Assembly: GCA_000708835.1 (NCBI GenBank)
Contig: DF237160.1
Location: forward strand, 30,406 to 94,405
Origin: Klebsormidium nitens
Taxonomy: Eukaryota; Plantae; Klebsormidiophyceae
DNA length: 64,000 bases
Reading direction: 5' to 3'
Shown here: piece by piece, positions 22,953 through 35,567 of the stretch
Layout: the number at the start of each line of letters is the position of its first letter
How positions within the stretch are numbered: position 1 is the stretch's first letter
Made by a program: the position numbers and the translations under genes
Notes under the pieces: model-generated
What the model saw: only the letters and a program-made list of their open reading frames with translations
Told to the model about the DNA's origin: nothing
The model's database searches: none

Positions 22953-25900
22953 TTAGGCATCCTTTGCCAGCAACATGATGGAAGAGTATGGCGTAAGACT
23001 GTATTTCCCGCCAAGTCCTGGTACCCCTTCCTCAACGAAGTCGTCGGGTGCCGCTAGGTTCGTATCGACCTGCAACCGGAAAGGACTCGGTGCCATCACA
23101 ATGACACTCAAAGGAGGTTACTGCTCACATGCGGGTACGCGCAATCACAGCCGTCTCCGAGTTACGGCCGCGCAGCATCTCCCTTTTTTCCAATAAAAAC
23201 CGGGGTCATATCTAGAACGTTCTTATGGATCACCTGTCACGTGGACGCATACTCGTATACCTAGCCAGCGAACAGCATCCTCGAGTACATTCGTGCGTGC
23301 AAGTAACGCGCATTACACACCCAAACGAATCTTGGCGGCTAATGAGCGGGTCAGAACGAGGGGAGGCACCCACCACTCGGAACCACTGCTTGCCGGCCGG
23401 GGGGGCGGGCAGCATTGCCTCCACCCAAAAGTCGTGCGCATTGAACGCCAGGTACAGGTCGCCGCCGCCGAGCTGGCCCTCATGGAAGCTGCGAGAAGAA
23501 TACCAAAATTGAGTTTTCTCAGATGTATGGACCAAAGAAGCTGCGGCCGATCAAAACTATCTGCAGTTCGTGTATAGCTATGGAAGATTGGATTGAATCG
23601 GATCGAGAGTGATGACTCTTTGGACTCTTGACATCCGGTTGGTTGGCTTTGAGGGCTCAGAACCAATGAAGGCAAACAGCTGTACGGTTTTTGTCTTCCC
23701 CGTGCGGTCAGGAGAAGGTGGACGGGACCAGAAAGAGATCCTCTTGTAGGGGTGGTCTGCCTCTTATGGGCGCCGAAATTCCAAACGTTGGCTCGGACCG
23801 AGCAGTACAGCAAGACGCGACAGAAGTCAGTTCGATAGAAGGACCCTTTAGGCTTTTCGCTGAAAGCGGAGATGCATCGACTGCGCTCGGATAGAAGGAA
23901 ACTGCGAAACAGTATCGGATGCTTCTATCAGGAATACTGACTTCCTATTTGGCTGAGCCGCGGCGCATTCTTAAATCATGCTTTGACGAAGCGCACAAAG
24001 AGAGACGGCCAAAAACCTTCGACCCAACAAAGTCAAGGAAGGTAGTCAACATTCTAATCTGAGCAGATAAGCCGGGCTAAGTCGGTCGAATTTGAGCTCA
24101 GCCTTTGTTGGCAGAGACGGATCCTCTTACGTGAAAGCCAGGAACCGGCTCTCCCAGTTGCCCCAGTTGTCTTCGTGCCAGGTGACGTCAGACTGTATGG
24201 CGAATCGAACACGGCGCAAATCAGTGGGCTGGGCTGGTCAGGTGACATAAGAACACTTTGGCGTTTCGAGATGCGGTCACGATCATTGGCGGGGTTACAA
24301 AGCACGCAACATTATCAAGCGTCATTGGGGCATCGAAACACACAACGAGCAGGCGGAGCCTGAATCAGGTGACCACACTCTGGAACGTCTCATCCTGGAG
24401 GATAGTAGCAGTGTAAGATGGTAAGTAGTTGGTTATTCCGAGAGAAGGGGCTTTCGGATCTGAACAAAACAGGAAAGACTGGGCGCGAGTTCGCGAGAGG
24501 ATGTTTGGAGTTGGAAAGACAAAACCATCTTGGCCGACCGGTCGATGCACAAGAAATTTTCCAGATATTACGAATACCGCCAGAATGTGAAGCGGATGTG
24601 TGGCTACCAGCGTCCCAGCCGTGTACCGTTTGCCATTTCCGCCACAGAAGGTTTCACGATGACGGGAGAGCCAGAGAAGAACCTTCCAGTAGTATCTAAG
24701 CAAGTAAGACTACAGTACCTTCTTCCTTGTCCAGCTTCTTCTAATAACGCCTAAACCCGGTGTCGGACGGGTAGGTACCGAGAAGTAGGTCAACCAGGAT
24801 GGGTACGATACCGGTTGCTCGGGACCGCAGATGAGAGGAAGGGGAGCGACCAGGTTCTCGTTTCAATTTGAAGCAGAAGAAGTAAGTTTTCCAACGGGAG
24901 GCAAGAGAAACATGGTATGCTCACGTCAGAGAGGAAGTTCTCCCGGGCCAGCATTGGGTGCTTTTTCCGGAACTCGATGCACTTGCGTGTGAAGGCGAAG
25001 AATCCGTCGCGCGCTTTGTCCAGCTGCAAGCAGTGGAGCAAACGCATTTAGTATAAACTCCTCGGGGGAGTTGCACCTTCAGGGGAAGAGTCTGACAGAG
25101 GGTTAAAGACCACATTGAAAAGCCAGCAACTTTGAGCGAGCTGCCGTTGTCCATTCGTTTTAGCCAGCCTTTCGAAGTGGCAACATAGTCGACACGTTCT
25201 GAGGAAAACCAACGAGACAGACCTCTCACGTTGGAAAAAGGGAGCAGTTCGAACAATCACTGCGGAAACGGCTAATGGTGAGGGGTCCGGCGCTATATGC
25301 GAGGTAGTGAGAGACAATTTCGCGGCACTAATTAGGTATATGCACCTTCCAAGACAGGGCATGATCCAATGGATCATAAAATGTGATTCAGCGGGAAACG
25401 GCAACTAGTAAATCTGATGACCCGGCATTCACGGCGTCCTTGCTGAGCCCGCTTACCGTAGGCAGGTCGCCGTGGTTGCTCCACAGGAAGTGGTTCATCT
25501 GGTTGTCGTGCCCGTAGCTGTTGTTGTTGCCGCCGCGCGTATGCCCGTATTCGTCGCCTTGCAGGATCATCGGCGTGCCCTGCAGCCAATAGCAGTACGC
25601 ATTGGACGTCCTCCTTCTGAAGCAACGGTTTTCAATAAAGAAAACTACAGAACCACATTCATGACTGTCCTTTCCAGTTGAAATCTAGATTGAGGCGCAC
25701 GTTCAGCACGGTAAGATCGGTAAACTTTAACGAGGCTCACTCACTCGTGGACTTCTCAGAAGCGTGAGCTTTGATCTATACGGGCGGAGGCTCTGCATAA
25801 CCTGGATGAAGTTTCCACAAGGGGTCCCACAGGTGCCCGAGCGCCGTCTTTTGTATTTGAGAACTATTGCGCTTGATTCTTTTTATCAACCCATTTCTGC

Positions 25901-28900
25901 TGACAACAAAACATAGGATGGTTCTCCGCCAATCGCCCTAGCCACTCCAGGTTTCAAATAGCAGCAGAAAAGCAAGTCACTTGGAAGAAACGAACTCGGG
26001 GCTGGGACGCACCACCGATACCATCAGCGCGAGGTGGAAGTTCTTCATCTGGCGGATGCGGAGGCCCTGGACTCCCTCGTCGTTCGTTTCACCTGCACGC
26101 ACAGGCAGAAAAAAGCAAAGATGTTTCGCTATGCACCCTCGTTCTGCTAAGAGTCGGTTTAAATAGACACCACAACCACCGCTTTTCGATACTCAACCAG
26201 CACTTCGCAACTCCCTTCAAGAAAGTCAGCGAGTCGCTGACAGACGCAAGTACCGCCTGAAGCCTTGTCCAACGGTTTCGTTCCTTCTTAGCGGAGCATC
26301 GGTCTTCTCGAGAAGCCTGAAATACCCTAAAAACCTCAAAGCCGTAACTCAGGTAGCGTAGACGAGTCCCTTCTACTTGCTAAGTGTCGGTACAAGCACC
26401 GCCTGTGCTTGCAAGCCTGTCAAACGGCCGGATCGGACGGCTCAGATGAGAATCCTAGGGAATTGTTCATGCGAAATCGGGAGGCATCGGTCTATTTGAG
26501 AAGCCTAGAGTACCTCTTAACGAAGCTAACGCCCTGAGAATGTAGCTAGCGCAGACTAGTCCGTTCCACTTGATAAAAAGTTGTCAAAGCACCGCATGTG
26601 CTTGCGATCCTGTCGTATGCCTGGATCGGACGGCTTACATGGGAATCCTAGAAGGTTGTCCGTAAGTGATCCAGAGAGGCTTACCTTCTGCCCCGCAGTT
26701 CCAGCTGAAATTGTCATTGCTGCCGTCACGGCCTTGCTCGCCGTTGGCCTCGTTGTGCTGCAAGCAAAGGGACAACTGCGCGTCAACCTTCGGATCAAGT
26801 CGTCCGGTATCTTGCACGGCCGACGGGCCTATGAAGCCCACTGAGGATGAAGCCGAAATGTTGAAGCGATGTTTGATGTCATCGACAGGTTGTTTAGTTT
26901 TGCGGCGTGACCAGAGCAGAATCTGCATAAAGCTTATGAAGTTGTTGATCCGCTAGCTGGCGACACCGGCCCCGTCTGCTTGAATCGATAATGCGACGTG
27001 CATGGCATCTCAGACTCTCTCATTGCAACCCCGTCCGAGTTCGAAAAGCTGTTCCTGTGAAACGGCTATCGTGTCTTGAAGCCTTCTCAATGCACGTGGT
27101 GTCGAATCTGTTCTGCGCTGCTCGGACAGGCCAGCAATTGGAAGATTCCCGGCCCTTTCGCTTGGTGCGTAATATATTGGGTAATCCCCTGAAACCTAAG
27201 CCCTCACCTTTGAGTTGTACGAGACAAGGTCGTAGAGGGAGAAACCATCATGGGCGATGATGAAATTGATGCTGTGGTACGGCTTGCGGTTGTTGGTCTG
27301 CAAAGAAAGGAAGGCACATGACGTCAGAGGGCACGTCAGCAAGGTTCCATGTGCATTCGGTAATGCCTAGAGACCCACAAGACTTGGCGGGTGCACTTTC
27401 AATGAAGGCTGAACTAAAGCGGCGGGGCAGGGTTATCAGAACTGGCGCATCGTCTGGCAAGCAATGGCACTCCCTCGAAAGCTTAAAAACATTGAGAGGA
27501 CGAACCCACAGGAGCCCCGAGACACGGGAAAACTCTGGAGAATAATCTGCTCAGAGGTGCTGCGCAGGTAAGTAAATGCATGTGCACATCGTCGTTTGCA
27601 GCTGGAGAACGTAGTTTCACAGGACGGACTGGTGTGAGACCTAGCTTACGTGGTAGAGGTCAGCGGATCCGGCCACACGGGTCGCGAAGTTGCTCTTCTG
27701 CCCCGGGTCGCCCTGCAACCAAGAAACACGTGTCAATTCGACGTTCAGCCCCGTACTATGCATCGAGCTTTCAAACAATCAGTGGAAGCATATGCGCTCG
27801 CTGAGGTCCCCTTTGTGTATGGAGGACAACACCCTCATCCTTGCGGCGAGCTCACGCACAAGAGCTGGATAAGGGACACGGGGATACTGACAAGCAAACA
27901 AAGAACAAATTGCTGAACGGTCGCTTTAGATCCAATCAACAAAGTCCTGTAGGACAGTTGAGGGACATCATTGGAGAAAGCAGGGCCAGTCAACAGTCAC
28001 TTTTGCAAGAAGGGCACGGACTTTGTTCTGAGAACGTGGAGAAAGAATTCTCGCTATCTGCTTGAAAGAATTGCCTAAGTGGCGATCCCGCTTTCGTAGC
28101 GTGGGCCTCAAGGAGTATTGTTCATGGTAGGGGATTGCTGTGAAGCTAGACGCACGAGAGAAAAGCGGCACGACTAGCAAATGTTGGGGCGCACCTTGAG
28201 GAATCGCCTTAGGTCGTCCCTGTATCTTCCGTTCCATTCCGCCCACCTGAGAAGACGAGGAGGAGCGGAATGAGTATGGGTAACGACGAATATGTCTCGT
28301 AGTCGGCCGGAGTGGTTGAATCGCTAAAGCTAAGGGGCAACACAGCATAACACCAGTCGAAAATAATACCAGCATAACTCCTAGCAAATCAACCTGACCC
28401 TTTCCGATTGACAGCGCTGAGAGCTCTCAGCTCAAAGGCCGAGGTATTAAAGGCCAGTCTGAGATGGATCAGATCCAAAGGTTTCCGGGTGCTCACCGGT
28501 CCCAGTTGGGGAAGCTGCCCACTTGGTACAGCCCCCCGCAGTCCCAGGGCTCTGCAATTATCTTGGCTCTAGAAAGAATGGGGTCCTTGGCGATCTCCTG
28601 CAAAGAGGGAGCGAGGGACGGGTTCTAAGCACCAGCGATACTTGTGACTCTATGGGGGGTTGTCCTGCATTTGGCCCGCGAAGAATACTTTAGTGGTCTG
28701 CCGGGGCACTTGCTTCAGAATCAACAAGATTGAAAAGTTGCCATGAGGGCAATGTTTCCCTTTCTGACCGGCCTTCCACCTAGTCCCCTCAACAAAACGT
28801 CCTGATTGGGGGCCAAATCTACGACATTGATTTCCAAGGTGAGTAGCCCATCAAAAAGCAACGGCTTGAGGGTGACTTCAACCCAATCATGTCTTCGACT

Positions 28901-31900
28901 CTCCGAGGGCACCGCGTTGGTGCACGTGAAGTAGCTTACTCGGATAAGGGGAGGAGCTGGCATAGGCCTCCCGTTGGTATCGCGACACAGAACGCTCGCC
29001 AGGTCGAAACGGAAGCCGTCCACGTGGTACTCGGTCACCCTGCAACGTCAAAGAATCCAACCGTGTCAGATCAACGATGCAAGCGTTGCTTTCCTGCCGA
29101 GTGCTCGTTGAAGGGACTCTATATGGTGTCTTGGTGTGGCCAGTGCAAGGCAAAAGTTATGCTCCTACGGCAACTTTGGACGTTGTGGCCCTCGAGACCC
29201 CTGGCGACCTGCGAAGGTGGTTTACCCGCTTCGCCGGAGGGGAACCGGGACCTCAGCGCCCTCTTGCCATTCTTTAGGATCCAATTTTCAAGCAGACCCG
29301 CTTTGAATCGCTCGAACCATTCCGAGTAATCAACGAATCTTTTACATGCTTCGAAAGAGGAAAGTGTACCACAAACACGATTGTAGCATGCAAACCCATA
29401 TTGGAAAGGGCGAGATCGAGTGTCTCGATCTCAATGTCGGAAACATTGTTTGACCTACCTTCAAATCTGGGAGCACATCTCCGATGGGCTTGCACAGAGA
29501 TTCAGACTGCAAGGAGCCCTGCCAACGAGTCCGCCCGAGGAAAGCTCACCAGTGCCGCAGGCTGTCCAGGATGAGCTCCATTACGACGGGGTGGTTGCAG
29601 TTGAGAGTGTTTCCTGCACCACTCCAAGAATGATATCAGGAGCTCGCGGAAGAGGATGCGATAATAAGGCGCAAACAATCAAGGTCTTCGATGACTTGTT
29701 ATAAGAACGTCAGTTTTGTCTTCGAAGACTTGATATGAGAGGGTCACTTTTTCTATTTGCCGCTTCTGACATCATTCCCGGCGCGGCGAGAGCGGAGAAC
29801 GGCTGCCAGATTCCTGGAACTTCCGACCTGACTGAAAGCAAGCTGGCCGCAATTGTGGGCACCTCCAAGAAACTGAGCCCGTTCATTTCACTCAGCGCGT
29901 CCGAATGAGTGCTTCCAGGGCAGCCACAAACCCGATTCTTCCAGGAGCGTTGCGTCATCAAACGTGGTATGCCTGCTGAAGCGAGTGTGGAGCGGGCCGA
30001 CTTACCGCAGCCTGCTAGGTTGCGTAGCTGGACCCAGCTGTCAAAGTCGACCATGTAGTAGACCTGCAAGCGAAGCGAATTCGTAACGTATTGGCTGGCG
30101 CCTTCTGTGTTCCAGTTTACTGCTTTCCTAGTGCATTTGACTTGGCTAACCACTTGCATTAAAAAGGAGAAGATCTTTTACCAAGGTCGGCGGTAGAACT
30201 CTCTTCTTGCAGCGCTTGAGACCGAAGGCGTGTTGGGAAAGCACACCTGACCCCGTTTCTTGAATACTTGGATCAATACCTAAGTAAAGCTCTTGCACTA
30301 TTTTCATACCTCTCTGATTGACATCTGAAGAGGTGTGCTCACAGCAGCCATTTATGCATGAAATCAGAAAGCTATATGAGAGCACGCGCTCCCTTGCATC
30401 CGGATGTCGGAGAATTTTTGGTCCTTTCAGAAGAACGTCGGTCCGAGAAATACGAGACTCGCTTCTTAGTGGATATCGCTCGAACTCCTCACCAGGTTGT
30501 CGATGCCGCGGAATGATGTCAGGAAGGGGAACTCGTCGTCAGCCTCGTTGGTGTGGTTGTAGACAACATCCAGGAGGACCTAGCATGGACAAAACGGCAA
30601 GTATTGCGCTAGCGATCCCTCCAGACTTTCCAGAACGCCCAACTGACAGCCGTGAGCTTTTCCTTCGTCTTGAGCGGCCCTGTCAAGGACTGCTCTGGAC
30701 GCAACAAAACAGCCGTGAATGCAGCCCATTTTCCAACAAATGGGAATGCGCTGCTCAAAATCACGTTCCAAGAATCTTCTAAGTCCTGGAATCCCTGACA
30801 GCGTCGACTTTCCCAACAAAATGAGGGTAGAAAGCTCGATACAGAAGTTCTCCTCGCTTTTTGTCGCTTTACGACTGCAAACATTAGGCTGGACCAGGAA
30901 AAACCGGTCACGGGACGGTGCTGATGTCAGCACATTAAGGATTTAAGTCCGAAAAGCTGGACTGCTTCGGACCGCGGCTCTCACCTCGATTCCTGCTGCG
31001 TGCAGGGCCTTGACCATCTCCTTGAACTCGCGCGAGGCCACCATGGGGCCCCCTCCGCCGCTCGCATAGCGCGTCATGGGCGCAAAGAAGTTGACCGTCG
31101 AGTAGCCCCACGTATTGACCTGCGCCAAGAAGCAACTATGTGGCCACATGGAGTTTCAGCGAGTCCAAAAGTGTGCGATCGAGAGCTCTTCTGCGTATCT
31201 TTGACGAATCATCAAGGAGGCAGTAAACTTTTGGCGGATGGACATTCTATTACATGACGGCCATCAAGAATTTCAACGGCACAAATAAACCGCCACATTG
31301 GTAAGAAGCCGGTAAAGTAGTTGCAGAAAAAGAACGGCTCCTCAAAATGGTCAAACACCTGGATGCTAAAAATGTCAGCGAAGCTTGATGTTGAATCCAG
31401 CCGGTGTTCTCGTGTTCGTCCTATCCTGTTCCAGGTTGTAGCATAGCCTCGGGTTAGCAAGCTAGGGCAATCTAACCGCTGACCGAACGTGGGTAATCAC
31501 TAACCATGTGGTCGCGGGGGTTCTTCCTCCTCTGAAACTCCAGCTCGTCGTATTCCATCACCGGAAGCAGCTCAACCGCGTTCACACCAAGCTCCACCAA
31601 GTGCGGCACCTGGAACATGAAGAGCTGGGTCAAGGAGCTTGCAGCAGGGAACATCTGCCAGCTAACAGGCACTTCATTTTATTTTTCAAAATGGGCGTAT
31701 AAGATACTTTCCAATAGTTCTGTTCCCTCTAGAGAAGGCCACTTCTCTACGATCAGAACGCGGTTGGAACAAACCTGGTTTTGAAAGTTGCACAAGCGGC
31801 CTGTACATCAAGGCAGGCTCGGCAGGTCAGAACCTTGTTATTCTTAAACCAGCATGAGGAAGCGAAGCACCTTCTTTCGACTGACATCACCTACAGGAGG

Positions 31901-34900
31901 AAAAAACAAGCTCTACTTCTCGAAGGACGATGGCCGTACATTCACAATTTGGTTCCGAATCAAGAGAAAGAACAGGTACTGGAACTACGATCAGACCAGG
32001 AAAAAGAGGAACGGGAGTGAGGAGGTTTGGACAGTTGCGAGACACACCTTTTCGATGAGGCCCTTGTAGCTGCCCCGGATGTCCTCAGGGACACCGCTGG
32101 TCGCATCCGCTGTGAAGCCACGAACGTTCATCTCGTAGATGACAAGGTCTTTCTGCGCGCTCAGAGAAAAAAGAAAATCAGCATCTTATTTTCGACTCTC
32201 ATCTTTCGACCTTCGAACTGTAAAGTTTCCTCTGGGAGTCTTAAACAAAGGGCAAAACAAAGGGTGGGGTACACTCAACTGGTCAGCCTAAGGAGAGAAA
32301 GACAAGGGCGTCGGCCAAGAGAAAGACCAACAATTGTTATCTGGAAAAGCGGATGGGCAGCCAATGGACGCCCCAATCAGTGAACACGGGACGCTACCAC
32401 TTTCATCCAAAAATGAGCAAATACGCTTGCATACCAAGAACCATTCCTCTAACTCCCAGGACCTGGAAGATCGAGTCGCCCAATAACATTCGAGCAGACT
32501 TCGTTTCAACTCACCTCCGGGATGGCGGGTGGTGCGTAATCCTCCCCCCAGTCGAACGGCTCCGTCTCGAGGTCGTATGTACCCAAAACTCCGAGCCCCT
32601 CCTCGTCTCGCTGCCCAAAGTAGCGCCGGCCCTCCACCAGCTTGGCATACGGATCGAGTAGGACGGTGTCGGGACTCCATCGAAGGCCGGTCTCCCAGCC
32701 GCCCTCTCCGCTGACTTTGTAGCCGTACAGGACGCCCTTCTTGGGGAGGTCCTTCAGGAGAACAATAAGACAATGTTACAGATTGCCTGAAGCAAGAGGT
32801 TAGGATGAGGCAGAACTTCGTGCCGGGATGATTAGTCTGTCGATGAGTAGAACGGGGGACATGACGCTATGAGCTGCAGCTTTGTTGTGACAAAGAAGCC
32901 TATTAATTTGGTAAGAGAAGCGGAATGAGGTTTGTGCCCTTGACGAGATGAAACCACCAAAGGTCAATCAGGAAACGCAAGGGAGACTGCAGAGACACTT
33001 TCTGTGGCTGAAGTACGGAGGAGACAAGGACATTCACCACGACGTACTGAGCAGCTCCGAGTAGCATATGGACATAATCATTTTCCACAAGATCGGGGCT
33101 TTTTACAGCAACCACTCAACATCAAAGGTGTAACAACAATCGCACGCAGACCGACCTTCACGGCAACATGCCAGACATTTTCCGTCCGGTTGTCATTCGC
33201 TGAAAGGGAAATTTCGTCAGTGGGAGGCTGTCCTCGAGTAGCATCTATCCACCTGCAGGTTGAAAGAACGATCAAACGTCGGTCAAAAAGGCCAGCCGGA
33301 GAAATTTGAAATTTTATATCCACTCAAGAGTCTCTCATATCGACAATACAATTTGTTACTATATCTTCACCACTTATAGCCCACACCTTCTTGCATTTTT
33401 CCAGATTGAGGAAGAGTAGACCTACATCAAGGTGAAGAAGCTGCAAAGCATTTCTCCTTGATGACGCGCTCACCTAGTAGCTTCGACCTCTTCTGTTGCG
33501 CCAACGCTGTTGCCTGGAATACTGAGACTACAGTAGACCAGACCTGGAAGCATCCCTTGATGGTAGCTTTGATGACGCTTGGCCTATCAAGAGTTGAGAA
33601 CAGGAACTCACAGGCAGAGCGTGACACCTTTTGCGTGCTCAGAGAACAGGGCAAAGTTGACGGAGTCTTCGCCAGGAGATAGGGAGACGCCCAACGGGGA
33701 AGGGGAGCCCTTGAGTAGGTCCAATGAGGAAGTTTTTTCCACTGGACTGTCCGCAGCTTCTGCCGCATCCTACATATGAGTGAGGCACACAGGCTGTGGA
33801 GATAGCTGTGAAACAGTGGATCAGAACTCTTGCTTAAATGGAGCCCTCAAAAAGACTTACAAGGCATCCGCTAACTTGATCTACGAAAGTGGTCAGCAGA
33901 GATCAGTCGCTTGACTTGAGCAACGTACAGTGGCTGAGAGTTGCATGGGAACTGGTGCTCTAAAGTTGGGCGAGCATACAACCCAATCCAATCAATATTC
34001 TCCAATTGATACCAAGAGGTCAAGTTGCCTCACACAGATATATTTTCGCCTGGCCCTTGTTTCGTATCTTTGGTATTGCGGTTATAGTGCCAATGCGAGC
34101 ATCACCACCACATGAACGTCAGAGGCACTGTCCCTTCGACTCTGCCCATGGCACTTCTGTAAAGACATGTATCAGGAATGGAGCTGCAAGCTCCAAGCTT
34201 ACCACTTCAGTTGGGCCTGATACAGAAACGTGAGGACGGAATGCTGGTCTCATTGGGCGTCTGACTGCGACAGAACAAGCTGGCACGTCCAGAAGATCAG
34301 GCCTGATGAGTCTCTGGAAGCGCGCAGGGCCTGAGTGCTTCTGGACAAGTCTCGCGCAACTATGCCTTGTTGCCTGGATCAGGAAAGAAACAAACAATCC
34401 ATGTTAAGGCAAGCTGCTGGAGTGATCAATTTGTTTTCGATGCCTTGCCTGGATCAGAAAGAATCGTATGCTCCTTGTACAATGCAAGCAGTTGAATAGT
34501 CACTTGATTGTGAGCTGATTCATCAAGGACTAAGAGAAAAGGGCAAGCTTCTCGCAGCTGCATTGCTGAACGTTACTCCATGGTGTGCCTGCCATCCTAA
34601 CGCATTGTGGTCAAGAACGTCTGCTTCTCAGTGTAAACAGGTGGTCTTTCAGATGACCCTGAGTGTCAATACAGATTCAAGTACAACAGCTGCAAGAAGC
34701 ACAATGTGACATTGGACTGCCGCACTGGGGGGTGATTGGTTCCTCACATGAAGGTCCTCTGCAGCGCAATTGAGGCTCTTGTTGAGGATCAGGCCACACA
34801 CAGAGCCCCTGAGAACTCCTATGGTGCTCATTTTGGAACGCGCGGCTAGGAATGTCGTCCTCCCCTCTCCAAGACTCGAGTTGCAGAAAGTGACTCTAGC

Positions 34901-34912
34901 CTGAGCATTCAT
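22953..34912 (-). CDS. ISA3: Isoamylase 3 (plastid starch debranching enzyme, GH13, GlgX-like), 23 exons
   Basis: Exons 34912-34748, 34373-34203, 33769-33612, 33252-33156, 32751-32515, 32152-32048, 31609-31505, 31119-30985, 30579-30493, 30063-30006, 29613-29550, 29039-28940, 28597-28497, 28246-28195, 27712-27650, 27297-27208, 26757-26685, 26092-26013, 25578-25457, 25023-24925, 24192-24131, 23488-23374, 23069-22953. Motifs: [102 protein letters not shown]. The first two exons (transit-peptide-like) are less certain. Confidence 0.95.
26230..26660. repeat. Degenerate tandem repeat (about 3 units of 146-193 bp) in an ISA3 intron
   Basis: aagcaccgc(c/a)tgtgcttgc...ggatcggacggct...gaatcctag recurs at ~26395 and ~26588, with a weaker copy at ~26249. 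Confidence 0.75.
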
Positions 34913-35567
34913 GACTCATGAGCCTGCTGAGCCTGAGACCCTGAGGGTGAAGCTGATGTCATTGTCAGTGTTGGCCCCCTAGTAGTAGCATCGCGATCCG
35001 CAAGGCCTTATGAGCTTGTGAGAAATAGATTTGATTTTCGTCTCGCTCGGTTATACATTTTATTAGGCATAGTGCTTACAAGGCCCGATTTTGCGATTAT
35101 ATCCAGATTATACATGGCGGCTTGTCTGCAGGTTCAATACGCCGGAATTCAGGCTTTGACAAAAGCTCGAACTTCAAAGTGTGCATTTCTTTGGGCGCAA
35201 GAGGGAGGAAAGTGACGGAACTTGTGAACCCTCTGTCTGCAGAAGCCTGGAGAAATGTATCAGTTTCATCACAAGTAGAGCCTGCTATAACGGGGCGTCC
35301 AATTCCATGCCAACGTTGATTAATTGATACTTGCCAGCTCGTTGGGGGATGCAAATACAGCTGTGTCTCACAAAAAATGTATCACAGCTTTGTACTGGAG
35401 GTCCACTCAGAGTGACTACTTTGAGCTCAGACCGCTGCTTCTCGGAAATTTGTAGCCTCCAGCTGTCTACACTTTTGCCCCCACCCCGTGCTAGTTTGTC
35501 TTCCAGGAATATATCAAGGCTGTCAGTAGGCGCACAATTGAAGCCACCGCTCAAAAGACTTGCGCAT
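34913..35567. promoter_or_regulatory. Probable bidirectional promoter between ISA3 and FAH
   Basis: Head-to-head start codons about 655 bp apart. Confidence 0.55.
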
